From Bdellovibrionota bacterium (GTDB taxonomy: Bacteria; Bdellovibrionota; UBA1018; CAIPTA01; JAALKR01): DNA of 64,000 nucleotides. The stretch spans positions 1,280,001 to 1,344,000 of the forward strand of contig CBDBMJ010000001.1 in the NCBI GenBank assembly GCA_965207455.1, written 5' to 3'. A program made the position numbers and the translations under genes. Below are positions 1 through 9,454 of the stretch, piece after piece. Position 1 is the stretch's first letter. Every line of letters starts with the position of its first letter. A model generated the notes under the pieces. The model searched no databases and was not told the DNA's origin. It saw only the letters and a list, made by a program, of their open reading frames with translations.

Positions 1-792
1 CTGAAATTTTTTATTTTTCATGGCGTTTAGTAATCGCTTAGCAACTTGCTTCGTATTTTCAATCGTAGCGTCGGGAAGAATAATCACAAATTCGTCCCCT
101 CCATGGTGCCCACAAATATCAATATGTCGAGTATTTTTGCTGATCAAGCGCCCCACCTCTCCAACCACTTGATTGGCTAGGCTATGATCAAACTGATCAA
201 TGACCTGCTTCATTTGATCAATGTCCATCATAATGCAAGACAAAGCACTGTTGTTTCTACGGGAACGCTGCACTTCCTCAGAAAGACGATTTTGTACATA
301 GGTCATTTTAAATAACCCCGTCAACTCATCCTGAATACTTAACTCTTCTAACTTAAGGTTGTGTCGCTTAATTTGATCGTAGAGCTTTCGTTGCCTCAAT
401 AGAGCATGAATACGGGCATTGGCAAGGGCAAGGTCTAACGGCGAGGTAAGCACCTCATCCACCCCATCCTCTAACATACTCGTAATATAGTTCGTATCGA
501 GATTGGCTGTAAGTATGGCAGTCATCACATGGTCCCACTTGGACGCCTGCAAGCCAAAGGAGGTGATCTCCTGGACCCGTTTAATCAGGTCGATGGGAGT
601 AATATTACTCATCTGATCGGAACTAATAATAAGATAGGGAGACCAGGCTTTTGCCTTATGGAGCAAATCTTCCGTAGTATATGCAGTTTGTATATTAAAA
701 TGCTGATCCTGGAGTTTTTTTAATAAAAGCGTGTGATCCTCTGTTTTCGGGTGAGCAAGAAGAATACGACAAGTGTCCGATTTATTCGTCAT
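1..792 (-). CDS. Response-regulator-like/GGDEF domain protein, C-terminus runs off the window; degenerate substrate-binding motifs
   Basis: Not in the ORF track. Hand translation of the minus strand from ATG at 792 gives ...QDELTGLF...MMDIDQMKQVIDQFDHSLANQVV...NTRHIDICGHHGGDEFVIILP, with a GGDEF motif and an RxxD I-site. Confidence 0.85.
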   Translation of the reverse strand, partial: MTNKSDTCRILLAHPKTEDHTLLLKKLQDQHFNIQTAYTTEDLLHKAKAWSPYLIISSDQMSNITPIDLIKRVQEITSFGLQASKWDHVMTAILTANLDTNYITSMLEDGVDEVLTSPLDLALANARIHALLRQRKLYDQIKRHNLKLEELSIQDELTGLFKMTYVQNRLSEEVQRSRRNNSALSCIMMDIDQMKQVIDQFDHSLANQVVGEVGRLISKNTRHIDICGHHGGDEFVIILPDATIENTKQVAKRLLNAMKNKKFQ

Positions 793-911
793 AAACCTAT
801 TCTACTATTTTTCTCTCCCTATGTATATCCAATGCACTCTTAGGAATCCAAGCATCTGTTGGCGTGTATATTCTTTTCATGTATAGTATGGAAAAAGGTA
901 GAACAATAACG

Positions 912-1388
912 ATGGAAGAAAAAAGTCTCCAAGAAAAATACGCTCCCAACAGCATCTGCTTTGGTTGCGGTCCCGCCAACCCCCAGGGCCTACAAATTCA
1001 AAGTATGCTCAGTGGTGATACCTTAGTGTGCACATGGCAACCCAGTGGGCATCACCAAGCCTTTACGGGAATGCTCAACGGTGGCATTATTGGTTCCCTA
1101 CTAGATTGCCATTCCAATTGGGCTGCCGCTTGGCACTTGATGAAAAAAAATAAATGGGAAAAACCCCGTTGTACAGTAACCGCAAAATATTCCGTTACAC
1201 TACTGCGACCCACTCCCAGCAACAGGGAAGTGTACCTCATAGCCAAAGTAGTGGAATCCAAGGAAGACAGGGCCGTTGTAGAAGCCAGTCTCCTATCCAA
1301 CGCTAAGGAATGTGCTAAGGAATACGCCAAGTGCTTAGGCACATTCGTTGCGGTGCAACCAGGACACCCAGCCTACCATCGTTGGTAA
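912..1388 (+). CDS. PaaI/hotdog-fold thioesterase
   Basis: CFGCGPANPQGL and LNGGIIGSLLDCH motifs; start moved to MEEKS. Confidence 0.85.
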   Translation: MEEKSLQEKYAPNSICFGCGPANPQGLQIQSMLSGDTLVCTWQPSGHHQAFTGMLNGGIIGSLLDCHSNWAAAWHLMKKNKWEKPRCTVTAKYSVTLLRPTPSNREVYLIAKVVESKEDRAVVEASLLSNAKECAKEYAKCLGTFVAVQPGHPAYHRW

Positions 1389-1391
1389 AAC

Positions 1392-2582
1392 TTATTTCCC
1401 TTTTTCTGCCTTAAAAAGAGAAAGGTATTTTTCATAGCCTTTTTGCTTTAACTCCTTAACAGGAATAAAACGCAAAGACGCTGAATTAATACAGTAGCGA
1501 AGTTTCGTGGGAAGTGGACCATCGGGAAAAACGTGACCCAAATGGGAGTCAGCGTTCTTGGATCGGATCTCCGTTCTTGTAACAAAGAAATTTCTATCTT
1601 TCTTTTCTATAATATTTCCACTCTCTAGGGGCTGAGTAAACGACGGCCAACCCGTTCCCGATTTATACTTATGGGTGGAACTAAACAAGGGTTCTCCAGA
1701 AACAATATCCACATAAATACCCGATTCCTTATTGTCCCAGTATTTATTTTTAAAAGGAGGCTCCGTGCCATCCTTTTGAGTCACCTTATACTCCAAGGGC
1801 GTGAGTTCGGATTTCAATTTTTCTTTTGACTTTTCTATCGGCCATGTTTTTTTCTTCTCCATATTCATCCTTTTTGGTGGTGTATAGCTTAGGTTATTCC
1901 CCCACACTTTCAACAGAAATTTATCCCTTCCCGACCCTCTTCTATAATAAGAATAGGGAATAGGGTTCTTTTTATAGTAGTCCTGATGGTATTCCTCTGC
2001 AATATAAAACGTAGTTGATCGTCGTATGGGAGTGGTTATTTTTTTTGAAAATATTCCCTTTTGTTGCAATTTTCTTTTGGATTTCTCCGCTGCCTTTCTT
2101 TGCGCTTCGTTGTGATAGAAAATAGCGGACTGGTATTGGGGACCACGATCCACAAACTGCCCACCAGAGTCTGTGGGATTAATGTTTCTCCAAAAAACTT
2201 CCAATAAATCTTCGTAACGTATTTTTTTTGGGTCAAATACAACCTCCACGCTTTCTATGTGACTGGTCCTTCCTGAGGCCACTTGCTTATAGGTTGGACT
2301 TTTCCGTTTTCCTCCCGTATAGCCAGAAACCGCACTTTTTACACCATCTAATTTCTCAAAGGGCGGCTCCATGCACCAAAAACAACCTCCCGCAAAAGTG
2401 GCTTTTGCCAAGCCAGCGGCTGCCTTCTTGCTCTCACTTGTAGCATGGGACTCCGTTATAGCGATAGGTGGGAAAAATCCAGCCTGCCATAGAGCAAATA
2501 CAGTCAAAGAAAAGAAAAGAAAAAAATAGAACTTCTTTTTTTTTAAAAACCCCATCGCACCCATCGCACCCGTCGCACCCAT
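1392..2582 (-). CDS. msrAB: Bifunctional peptide-methionine sulfoxide reductase MsrA/MsrB with N-terminal export/TM segment
   Basis: MsrA motifs AGGCFWC and AEEYHQDYY; MsrB motifs [14 protein letters not shown] and RYCINSASL. Confidence 0.95.
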   Translation of the reverse strand: MGATGAMGAMGFLKKKKFYFFLFFSLTVFALWQAGFFPPIAITESHATSESKKAAAGLAKATFAGGCFWCMEPPFEKLDGVKSAVSGYTGGKRKSPTYKQVASGRTSHIESVEVVFDPKKIRYEDLLEVFWRNINPTDSGGQFVDRGPQYQSAIFYHNEAQRKAAEKSKRKLQQKGIFSKKITTPIRRSTTFYIAEEYHQDYYKKNPIPYSYYRRGSGRDKFLLKVWGNNLSYTPPKRMNMEKKKTWPIEKSKEKLKSELTPLEYKVTQKDGTEPPFKNKYWDNKESGIYVDIVSGEPLFSSTHKYKSGTGWPSFTQPLESGNIIEKKDRNFFVTRTEIRSKNADSHLGHVFPDGPLPTKLRYCINSASLRFIPVKELKQKGYEKYLSLFKAEKGK

Positions 2583-2660
2583 GGCAATCCCCCCTATAGA
2601 GATAAAGTATAGCCTGATTTTAGTTGACTTTCCATCACATTATTATATCCTTAAACGTGA

Positions 2661-3110
2661 ATGGTTATTTTCGGATTATTTTTCAACGCTGCCATAGTAT
2701 TGACATTATTTTTTTATGTCACTGCCTATATGGTGGGTGCCACCATTAACTATTCCCTATTGATATGGGGTCTACTCTTTCGAGGCAATAGAAAGATACA
2801 CGTACCCTGCATGAATACAGCAATTTTTTTAGACGTCACGATAGTACTAGCACTGGAGTTAAGTCGAGATGCCGTTGCCACCGCAGCTTCCTTTTCCCTA
2901 TCTTTCTGGCAACAGTTTCATATTGCTGCTTCCCTAATTGCCGTACTCCTGTATCTCCCCACCGTTGTGTTGGGCTGGAAACGTTTTTACCAAAAGTCCC
3001 CCAGAGGAAAAATCTTTTATTGGCATAGAGGTCTAGGAATAACTGCCTTTTTCTTTCGCACCCTAGGTTTTCTCTCCATGTTTTCCATGATAGAGCATGT
3101 GATTAGTTAA
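2661..3110 (+). CDS. Small 4-TM membrane protein (DUF420-like, conserved His residues)
   Basis: Four hydrophobic helices; H..CM and WH..LG motifs. Confidence 0.55.
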   Translation: MVIFGLFFNAAIVLTLFFYVTAYMVGATINYSLLIWGLLFRGNRKIHVPCMNTAIFLDVTIVLALELSRDAVATAASFSLSFWQQFHIAASLIAVLLYLPTVVLGWKRFYQKSPRGKIFYWHRGLGITAFFFRTLGFLSMFSMIEHVIS

Positions 3111-3113
3111 ATA

Positions 3114-4187
3114 ATGAGATTCTTTTTGTTGTTACTCCTCCTCTGTAGCAACGCCCTTGCTTCTGCTAAAACCAAAGGCACTTGGTCCATGTCCATCGAT
3201 GGCCTGTGGGTAAGCGATAGCCTCTCCGAGGCAAGCATAGTGGGATTGGAGCTAAATGCCCAAATTACCCACAGGTTTTCTCCTTTTATATCGAGTTATA
3301 TAGACGTGGAAACCCTACTGGAGGTGGGTAATATTCAATCCACCTTCGATAAAGAATTTGAACCCCAAAAAACAATTATTTTAAACGATGCTCGCCTCTC
3401 TTGGAAACCCAATCCTTTTCTTCGCCTCCATATGGGAGCCATTAACCAACGCCATCATGGTTCCCCCATACTTATTCACAACACTGCCTTCCCTGCCCTA
3501 CAGGAAAAGATCCATTTTATGATCCAATCCATGAAGATCTCCTTGGACTTCCAACAGGCCATTCCCACCTCCCAGACCCTCTTGTCTCAAAAACTAGCCA
3601 AGGAATCTAATCCCACACTCTATACAGGAAAAATATTGGCCGAATACCGCAAAAAGAAATTCCATATGAAAGCACGCCTAAACTATTTTAATTTTCAAAA
3701 CCTCACAAGAGGAACCATTAGAGATAGCCGGTTGTATGGAAATACGGTTGACGGTACAGGAGAAGATCTGAGTTTCCGTTATAAATACTACGGCTGGGAG
3801 TTGGGCTTCAACCTCTCTCTTGCGCTACACACTCAATGGAGTATTTTTACGGGAACTAGTTTTGTGGACAATAGGGGTGCTGCCAACAATAACCGTTCCC
3901 AATATTTATTTGGAGGTGCTCAATATAAAAATAAAATTCTAGAATTCCAAGCCACAATAAAAAGTTTTCATATTGGTGCGGACGCTTCTCCCGCTGCCTA
4001 CACCAATAAATACCTGGGTCACAACAATCGCAAGGGCTATGGGCTAACCTTCTCTGGAAAGCTAGAAAAATTAAAAATCAGTTTACATTATACCAATGCC
4101 AAGATCATTAGCCCCAACCATCACCAAGCAGATAGAACCTATTTTTCTGTGGAAGTGGCCACCCTACCTGCAGTTCTCTTTCAGTGA
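3114..4187 (+). CDS. Putative outer-membrane beta-barrel/porin
   Basis: Signal peptide, alternating amphipathic beta-strand pattern, aromatic-rich. Confidence 0.6.
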   Translation: MRFFLLLLLLCSNALASAKTKGTWSMSIDGLWVSDSLSEASIVGLELNAQITHRFSPFISSYIDVETLLEVGNIQSTFDKEFEPQKTIILNDARLSWKPNPFLRLHMGAINQRHHGSPILIHNTAFPALQEKIHFMIQSMKISLDFQQAIPTSQTLLSQKLAKESNPTLYTGKILAEYRKKKFHMKARLNYFNFQNLTRGTIRDSRLYGNTVDGTGEDLSFRYKYYGWELGFNLSLALHTQWSIFTGTSFVDNRGAANNNRSQYLFGGAQYKNKILEFQATIKSFHIGADASPAAYTNKYLGHNNRKGYGLTFSGKLEKLKISLHYTNAKIISPNHHQADRTYFSVEVATLPAVLFQ

Positions 4188-5980
4188 CCGCCGGATCTCG
4201 TTCCCAATACGGTTTCGCTAGACATGGCTTTCCCGTCACGCGTCCAATGTACCGTAATTTTCTCATTGGGACGATAGAATCGCAAAGCAAACACAAACTC
4301 ATGTAAGTTGCGTATTTTTATTTCCCCAATACCCACCAGTATGTCGTTTTTCTGTAAACCTGCTTTTTCTGCAGGAGAGTCCCGCTTTACTCCCTGAAGA
4401 AGCACACCATCGTCCCCTCGAGTGTGAAAATCCGGAATGGACCCAAAATAAGCTCCATAGCCACGCCCACCACGCTGAGGAGCAGGGTCTATAAAATTCT
4501 CTTCTTCATTATAGGTGGGAGGACTCTGGGCCGCATCCACTTGTTTTATATATTGGTACGCAAATGCTTCTATCTTTTTCATACCTTCATAATTAATTTT
4601 CTCCGCTGTATCTGTACTGCGATGATAGTCATCATGGGGACCCGTTGTAAAAAATAGGGCAGGAATTTTGGCTCGTAAAAAAGAAGCATGATCGGAACTT
4701 CCCCAAATATTTTTATTACTGGATAGGGTTAGGGAATGGCGTATTTTTTTCCCCATCTCTGGAAATTCATGGGCTGACGTTTCACCAAAAACAATGAGTT
4801 TATTCTCTCTCATTCTACCCACCATATCGAAATTAAACATGGCAATTACTTTTCCACCTTCCACTACAGGTGGATTATTTACAAAGGCTTGGGAACCCAG
4901 TAAACCCACCTCTTCTGCGGAAAATAGGGCAATTAAATGGGGACGCTGGAGCTTATCATTGGCAATTTTCTTTGCCAAATTGATCACCATTTGCACACCT
5001 GAGGCGTTATCGTCTGCGCCAAAATGGATTTTCCCCTTCCCGTCTTTCTCCAAGGAAGATTCCTCTCCATATCCCAAGTGATCATAGTGGGCTCCTAATA
5101 CAATATATTCCGTTTGCAGCTTTGGATTTGTACCTGGAATAAGAGCCACCACATTTGCCACTGTCCCCACTTGGTGTATAAGGCGCACACCCATCGTGGC
5201 TTTTTTTCCTAAAGAAAAGCTTTGGGGTTTTTGTGTTGTATTGATTGTTTCCTGCAATGCCTCCAGTTTTTTTGTTTCCAGCAGTTTGTTTGCATGGTCC
5301 AGGGAAAGCCTACCTGAGACTATGTCGAAAACAGCACCGCTGCCCCCCCTAGAGTGAAATATAAAGGCAGGCTCCTCTTCCCCACCCAATTCTATGGGGT
5401 TTTGTACCAGCACAATACCCACAGCCCCATGTTGAGCCGCATTTTGTACCTTATATAAAGCGGTGGAATAAAAAAAATGTTCGGGGTTACGAAACAAGGA
5501 ATCTTTGTTACCAATGCCCGGATCCCCTGTCATTGCAATAACGATTTTATCCTTCACATCTACACCATAATCGTCATATTCTCCTAGAAAGGTAATACCG
5601 TAACCGACAAACACCAACTCCCTGGAACCAAGGTTCCGGGAGAGGGAATAGGACTGGGGCATAAACCCAGCGCTTTCGGCTGTTATGGAGGAAAAATAGT
5701 TCGTGGGTTTTGGGTTTTCCTCAGAGGGAGGAACCATCACACTACCCGCAAAGGCTTGAAATTCTTGGGTATAAGACTCATTTGGGGGCTGGAGTTTTAG
5801 CCTTTCCACCTCTTGAACCAAGCGGTTACGGGCCTTTTCCAGCCCTTGGGTTCCCATGCCCCGTCCCTCATACTCTGGAGAGCTTAGCTCATCAATCAGG
5901 GTGACCCCAGCAGGGGCAAAGGCTAGCGTGAGGGCTATTGTGAGAGCCAAGAAAAGCTTCCTAGTGAGTGAGAAAACCAT
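4181..5980 (-). CDS. Exported M28 family metallopeptidase with PA and C-terminal PDZ domains
   Basis: GAHYDHLG, GADDNASG, FSAEEVGLLGS, NFDMVG, SDH and DYH motifs; PDZ motif SPAEKAGLQKNDI. Confidence 0.92.
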   Translation of the reverse strand: MVFSLTRKLFLALTIALTLAFAPAGVTLIDELSSPEYEGRGMGTQGLEKARNRLVQEVERLKLQPPNESYTQEFQAFAGSVMVPPSEENPKPTNYFSSITAESAGFMPQSYSLSRNLGSRELVFVGYGITFLGEYDDYGVDVKDKIVIAMTGDPGIGNKDSLFRNPEHFFYSTALYKVQNAAQHGAVGIVLVQNPIELGGEEEPAFIFHSRGGSGAVFDIVSGRLSLDHANKLLETKKLEALQETINTTQKPQSFSLGKKATMGVRLIHQVGTVANVVALIPGTNPKLQTEYIVLGAHYDHLGYGEESSLEKDGKGKIHFGADDNASGVQMVINLAKKIANDKLQRPHLIALFSAEEVGLLGSQAFVNNPPVVEGGKVIAMFNFDMVGRMRENKLIVFGETSAHEFPEMGKKIRHSLTLSSNKNIWGSSDHASFLRAKIPALFFTTGPHDDYHRSTDTAEKINYEGMKKIEAFAYQYIKQVDAAQSPPTYNEEENFIDPAPQRGGRGYGAYFGSIPDFHTRGDDGVLLQGVKRDSPAEKAGLQKNDILVGIGEIKIRNLHEFVFALRFYRPNEKITVHWTRDGKAMSSETVLGTRSGGH

Positions 5981-6201
5981 GATTTCACCTTATGCAAGAG
6001 CATGAACTATAGTCAAGTCTATAGACAGGTGACAAAAATTTAGTCGATTTAGGTGAAGATATCATAGGCAAGTATAGGCATGGAGTTCCACATAAATGGT
6101 TGAAATTAAACAACAAATCAAAATGCTCCAGTACTTGGCACGCTCATTGCAATACAATCTATATGAAAGAAACAAAAGGAAAATTTTGGAGGAAAAGAAA
6201 A

Positions 6202-6909
6202 ATGAAACATAATAACATAACTATAATACTATTTGCCTCACTACTTATTTTAAGTGGGTGTGGTCAAACATCAACATCAGCAACCGACTCAAACTATAAT
6301 ACTAGAGGCGGAAGTACCGACAGAACCAGGGAGCCGATCAACGATATAGATGATAGGCGTGTACCAGATGAGCATTGTACTAATGATGATGAGAATTCTG
6401 AGGGTGAGTCCCCTTTAGTTTTCGACATTGAGCAAAAAGGGCCAGATGCCTTTACCACTGAAGTAGTTGAAGGAGCCGATAGCGTTCTAAAAATTCATTA
6501 TCAGGTGGGCGATATAGGCACAAACGCTATTAGTGCCACTGAAATGAAGGTGAAGATTACTGTAAACGGACAGTCTAAAACTCCTCGCTATACAACGGAC
6601 TCAAAATGTACTGATTCCTCAAAGAAATATTGTGTATATGGACGACCCGCTGATGGAAAGAGTGCAGTTATGGATTTCTCTAGCGCTATCAGCCCTGGAG
6701 CTAAACTTACAATTACGATAACTCCTCAGATGTCTGACTTTCATTGCCAACTGTATCTGAGATACGGTGACTATTTATCTGCAATATTTTACGACCGTAA
6801 AAAAGGTTATTGTAACTATACAAAAATACCTTCTGCCATGTTTTGGGAAGGAACGCTAACGGTTCAAGTTGACGATACGAACGAAAAAGAATTTATATGT
6901 AACGATTAA
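6202..6909 (+). CDS. Hypothetical lipoprotein
   Basis: GGAGG RBS before ATG 6202; lipobox LSGC; several Cys. Confidence 0.65.
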   Translation: MKHNNITIILFASLLILSGCGQTSTSATDSNYNTRGGSTDRTREPINDIDDRRVPDEHCTNDDENSEGESPLVFDIEQKGPDAFTTEVVEGADSVLKIHYQVGDIGTNAISATEMKVKITVNGQSKTPRYTTDSKCTDSSKKYCVYGRPADGKSAVMDFSSAISPGAKLTITITPQMSDFHCQLYLRYGDYLSAIFYDRKKGYCNYTKIPSAMFWEGTLTVQVDDTNEKEFICND

Positions 6910-6957
6910 GTTTTTTCTATAATTATTTTTTCCATCCTAATATTTATGTTTGTTTAG

Positions 6958-6989
6958 AGGCTCCTTTGAAAAAAGGAGCCTTTTTTTTT
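6958..6989 (+). terminator. Rho-independent terminator between convergent genes
   Basis: AGGCTCCTTT-gaaa-AAAGGAGCCT perfect 10-bp stem followed by a T tract. Confidence 0.85.
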
Positions 6990-7590
6990 AGAAGAGCCAA
7001 GAAAATCCAACGGATAGATTTCTATTAGAACTCAAATCAGAGGTTTTAAAGTTGGGAAGATAGACCACGTACTCCCCTTTCAAAGCCATGTGTTTCGTTA
7101 AGAATAAGCGAAGCCCTGCCCCTATCACTCCCGTGTTCTCAGTTTTTTTCTGTTCTCTGCCGTTAAGAGCAACAGAGTATGTGACTTTTTGTTTCCGTAT
7201 CAAGCGACCTGCACCAACCTTAACATATGGCTGAATAATAGATTTACTGGAAACGAGGTTTTGTATCCAACTTGCACTAATTGCTGCGTCCTCATAGACA
7301 ATAGTTTGACTCACTTCTGGCACCAGTAAACTACCTATTCTTATGGTGGTTCCCACAGTGCTCTCTGAGTGCATATAGGAAAGTTCAATAGCAGAAACTT
7401 TTGTAACACGATAGGCGATAGAAGCTGTATAACGAGACTGCTTTATTCTACCCGAATCTCCCACGTTAGTATCACCATAGGAAATTAAGGCAGAGGTTTC
7501 TATCACTCCTGCAAAAATTATTTGTGGAAATAACAATACTGTAATAGATAACAGTAAAGATAGCTTCAATTGTTTTTTTAATTTATTCAT
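6988..7590 (-). CDS. Outer-membrane beta-barrel protein (OmpA/OmpW-like barrel)
   Basis: Signal peptide, QPYVKVGAG, GAGLRLF, C-terminal VGFSWLF (BAM beta-signal). Confidence 0.75.
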   Translation of the reverse strand: MNKLKKQLKLSLLLSITVLLFPQIIFAGVIETSALISYGDTNVGDSGRIKQSRYTASIAYRVTKVSAIELSYMHSESTVGTTIRIGSLLVPEVSQTIVYEDAAISASWIQNLVSSKSIIQPYVKVGAGRLIRKQKVTYSVALNGREQKKTENTGVIGAGLRLFLTKHMALKGEYVVYLPNFKTSDLSSNRNLSVGFSWLF

Positions 7591-7634
7591 ATTTTCAAGA
7601 TAACAAGAAAAATATTTTTTCACAATACTGAATT

Positions 7635-8699
7635 TTAAAAATTTTCTAATAAATTTTCATACCTTGTATTTGGATAATTAAATAAGGTATCTTCACTGTT
7701 CTTTTTTTCCAAGGCCTTCAGCCTCTTCAATGAATTTGTTATCACTGCATCTTCTTTCTGCGATGTTAGCACCCTCTTCACTTTCTTCAATTTCCTTGCC
7801 TTTTTGCTCAAAACCTTTCTTCTCTTATATTTTCGAGTATTATTTTTCCTAGCCTCTGATTTTAAAATCACTTTTGCAATATTGGGATGTATGGCAAGAG
7901 TGGGCAAAGGAATGGCTGCTGCCTCCTCAGGCGTGAGCACGCTAATACGTTCTTGATGCAACACTTTATATTCATTTGGAATTTGACTCTTTCCTCTGAG
8001 TGCAGAAGAGGTATAGCGATTCTCATAAATAGCATGCTCTTTAGGAAAGAATTGCTCCAACTCTTTTTCTACTAACAAAGGATCTTTTTCTTTTTTTCTA
8101 CGCACCTTCGTGTATCGATTGGGAATAACCTTAACAAGGCTCTTTAAGAGGATTTCTTGATCTTGAGCCGACCATTGGTAACTACTTAACCAGTGGCTCA
8201 AACCAAACACGGTAAGCCCTTTTTGAATTTCTGGTTCCATGCCCTTTATGCCCAACACAGCCCCTTCATTTTCATGCAATACTTTCTTCGCTTCACTATA
8301 ATGACGATTACGAAAATTCACTTTTCCTGCTATCGCAAAAACAGAAGTGATGAGATTTTTCTTATCATAGGAGATAATTATCTTCCCTTTAAAATTCACA
8401 ATAGAATTAGCTGTCTCTATTGTCCGTTTTTTTAGAGAATATAAAAAAGCAGAGCCCGATAGTATATGAAGGTTACCAGAATCCATCATCATGGCAATAG
8501 AGTTGGAACTGATTTTCATTTCCATATTTTCTCTATCGCGAAGCAAGCGAAACCCATCCAGCTTTACCTGAAAAATTTTTCCTGTCTCCACTGTATCATT
8601 GGAATGCAAATCTATAATACCCATATCCACGCCTCTTGCCTTTCCAGAAAGGAGCAAAGAAAAAATCATGACCATGGTGCTGTAAATATATACTCTCAT
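7635..8699 (-). CDS. Exported hypothetical protein with FecR-like beta-rich N-terminal region
   Basis: Signal peptide; IETANS..V and VFAIAGKV strand pattern; basic low-complexity C-terminus. Confidence 0.45.
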   Translation of the reverse strand: MRVYIYSTMVMIFSLLLSGKARGVDMGIIDLHSNDTVETGKIFQVKLDGFRLLRDRENMEMKISSNSIAMMMDSGNLHILSGSAFLYSLKKRTIETANSIVNFKGKIIISYDKKNLITSVFAIAGKVNFRNRHYSEAKKVLHENEGAVLGIKGMEPEIQKGLTVFGLSHWLSSYQWSAQDQEILLKSLVKVIPNRYTKVRRKKEKDPLLVEKELEQFFPKEHAIYENRYTSSALRGKSQIPNEYKVLHQERISVLTPEEAAAIPLPTLAIHPNIAKVILKSEARKNNTRKYKRRKVLSKKARKLKKVKRVLTSQKEDAVITNSLKRLKALEKKNSEDTLFNYPNTRYENLLENF

Positions 8700-9361
8700 C
8701 GATGTATCCTATCCAATGTTTTCAACCATAGTTGTGTTCTTTTCAAAATATTATGGTTCGCATATGAGTCTCCCATCTCATTAACCTTTTGAAAGAATTT
8801 TTTTGCCAACTTATAATCATTTGCCTTATAGGCAATAACCCCACCCTGAAAAAAATTTTCCACTGTTTGAAATTCATTTTGATCATCACTGGTGAGAATT
8901 TTCTCCATAAGTACCAGTGCATCTCGAAATCGTTTCGATTTACTGTGGCGAATAGCCAGATTAAATAATTCTTCCGAACTAATGGAAGAAGAAGACAAGT
9001 ATTCTATTTCTTTAGGAAAATCACTTTTCACACAATTTTTCCCATTGGACCTAGTGGTATACAGATCCCTATTTTTTTTGGTCACCCATTTTGCTTGGAG
9101 CGTTTGGTAACGATACTCCAACTCCAGATGAGCCGTTTTGAGCTTCTTATACTCCTGAAGCAATACTGTGTGCCTATCCTTTACCTCTTGGATATTTTTC
9201 GATTTTTCATTGATCTGGTGCCAGAATTCTTCCACCTGAGCGCAGCTACTTAGGAGCAGCATTGCGCCAAGCCAAACCACCATATTAGCCCTATATTTCA
9301 AAGTAAATCCTCCATTCTTCTTATCGTTCTTTTGCCCAAAAAACTTAATCCTAGCCAACAA
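8696..9361 (-). CDS. Lipoprotein with coiled coil and TPR-like repeats
   Basis: LSSC lipobox, heptad segment, AYKANDYKLAKKFF TPR-like helix; start uncertain. Confidence 0.55.
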   Translation of the reverse strand: MLARIKFFGQKNDKKNGGFTLKYRANMVVWLGAMLLLSSCAQVEEFWHQINEKSKNIQEVKDRHTVLLQEYKKLKTAHLELEYRYQTLQAKWVTKKNRDLYTTRSNGKNCVKSDFPKEIEYLSSSSISSEELFNLAIRHSKSKRFRDALVLMEKILTSDDQNEFQTVENFFQGGVIAYKANDYKLAKKFFQKVNEMGDSYANHNILKRTQLWLKTLDRIHR

Positions 9362-9454
9362 AATCCCACACGATTAGCGTGTAAAAAACACAATTACGGG
9401 AAAAAATACGCTCCTTATGCGCCCATAGAACAAAACTTGTGGTAAATATTAAAA

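Noticed and set aside
2550..2582. 9-bp repeat ([11 protein letters not shown]) at the msrAB start as a phase-variation tract
   Set aside because: The unit is in-frame, so copy-number change would not switch expression.
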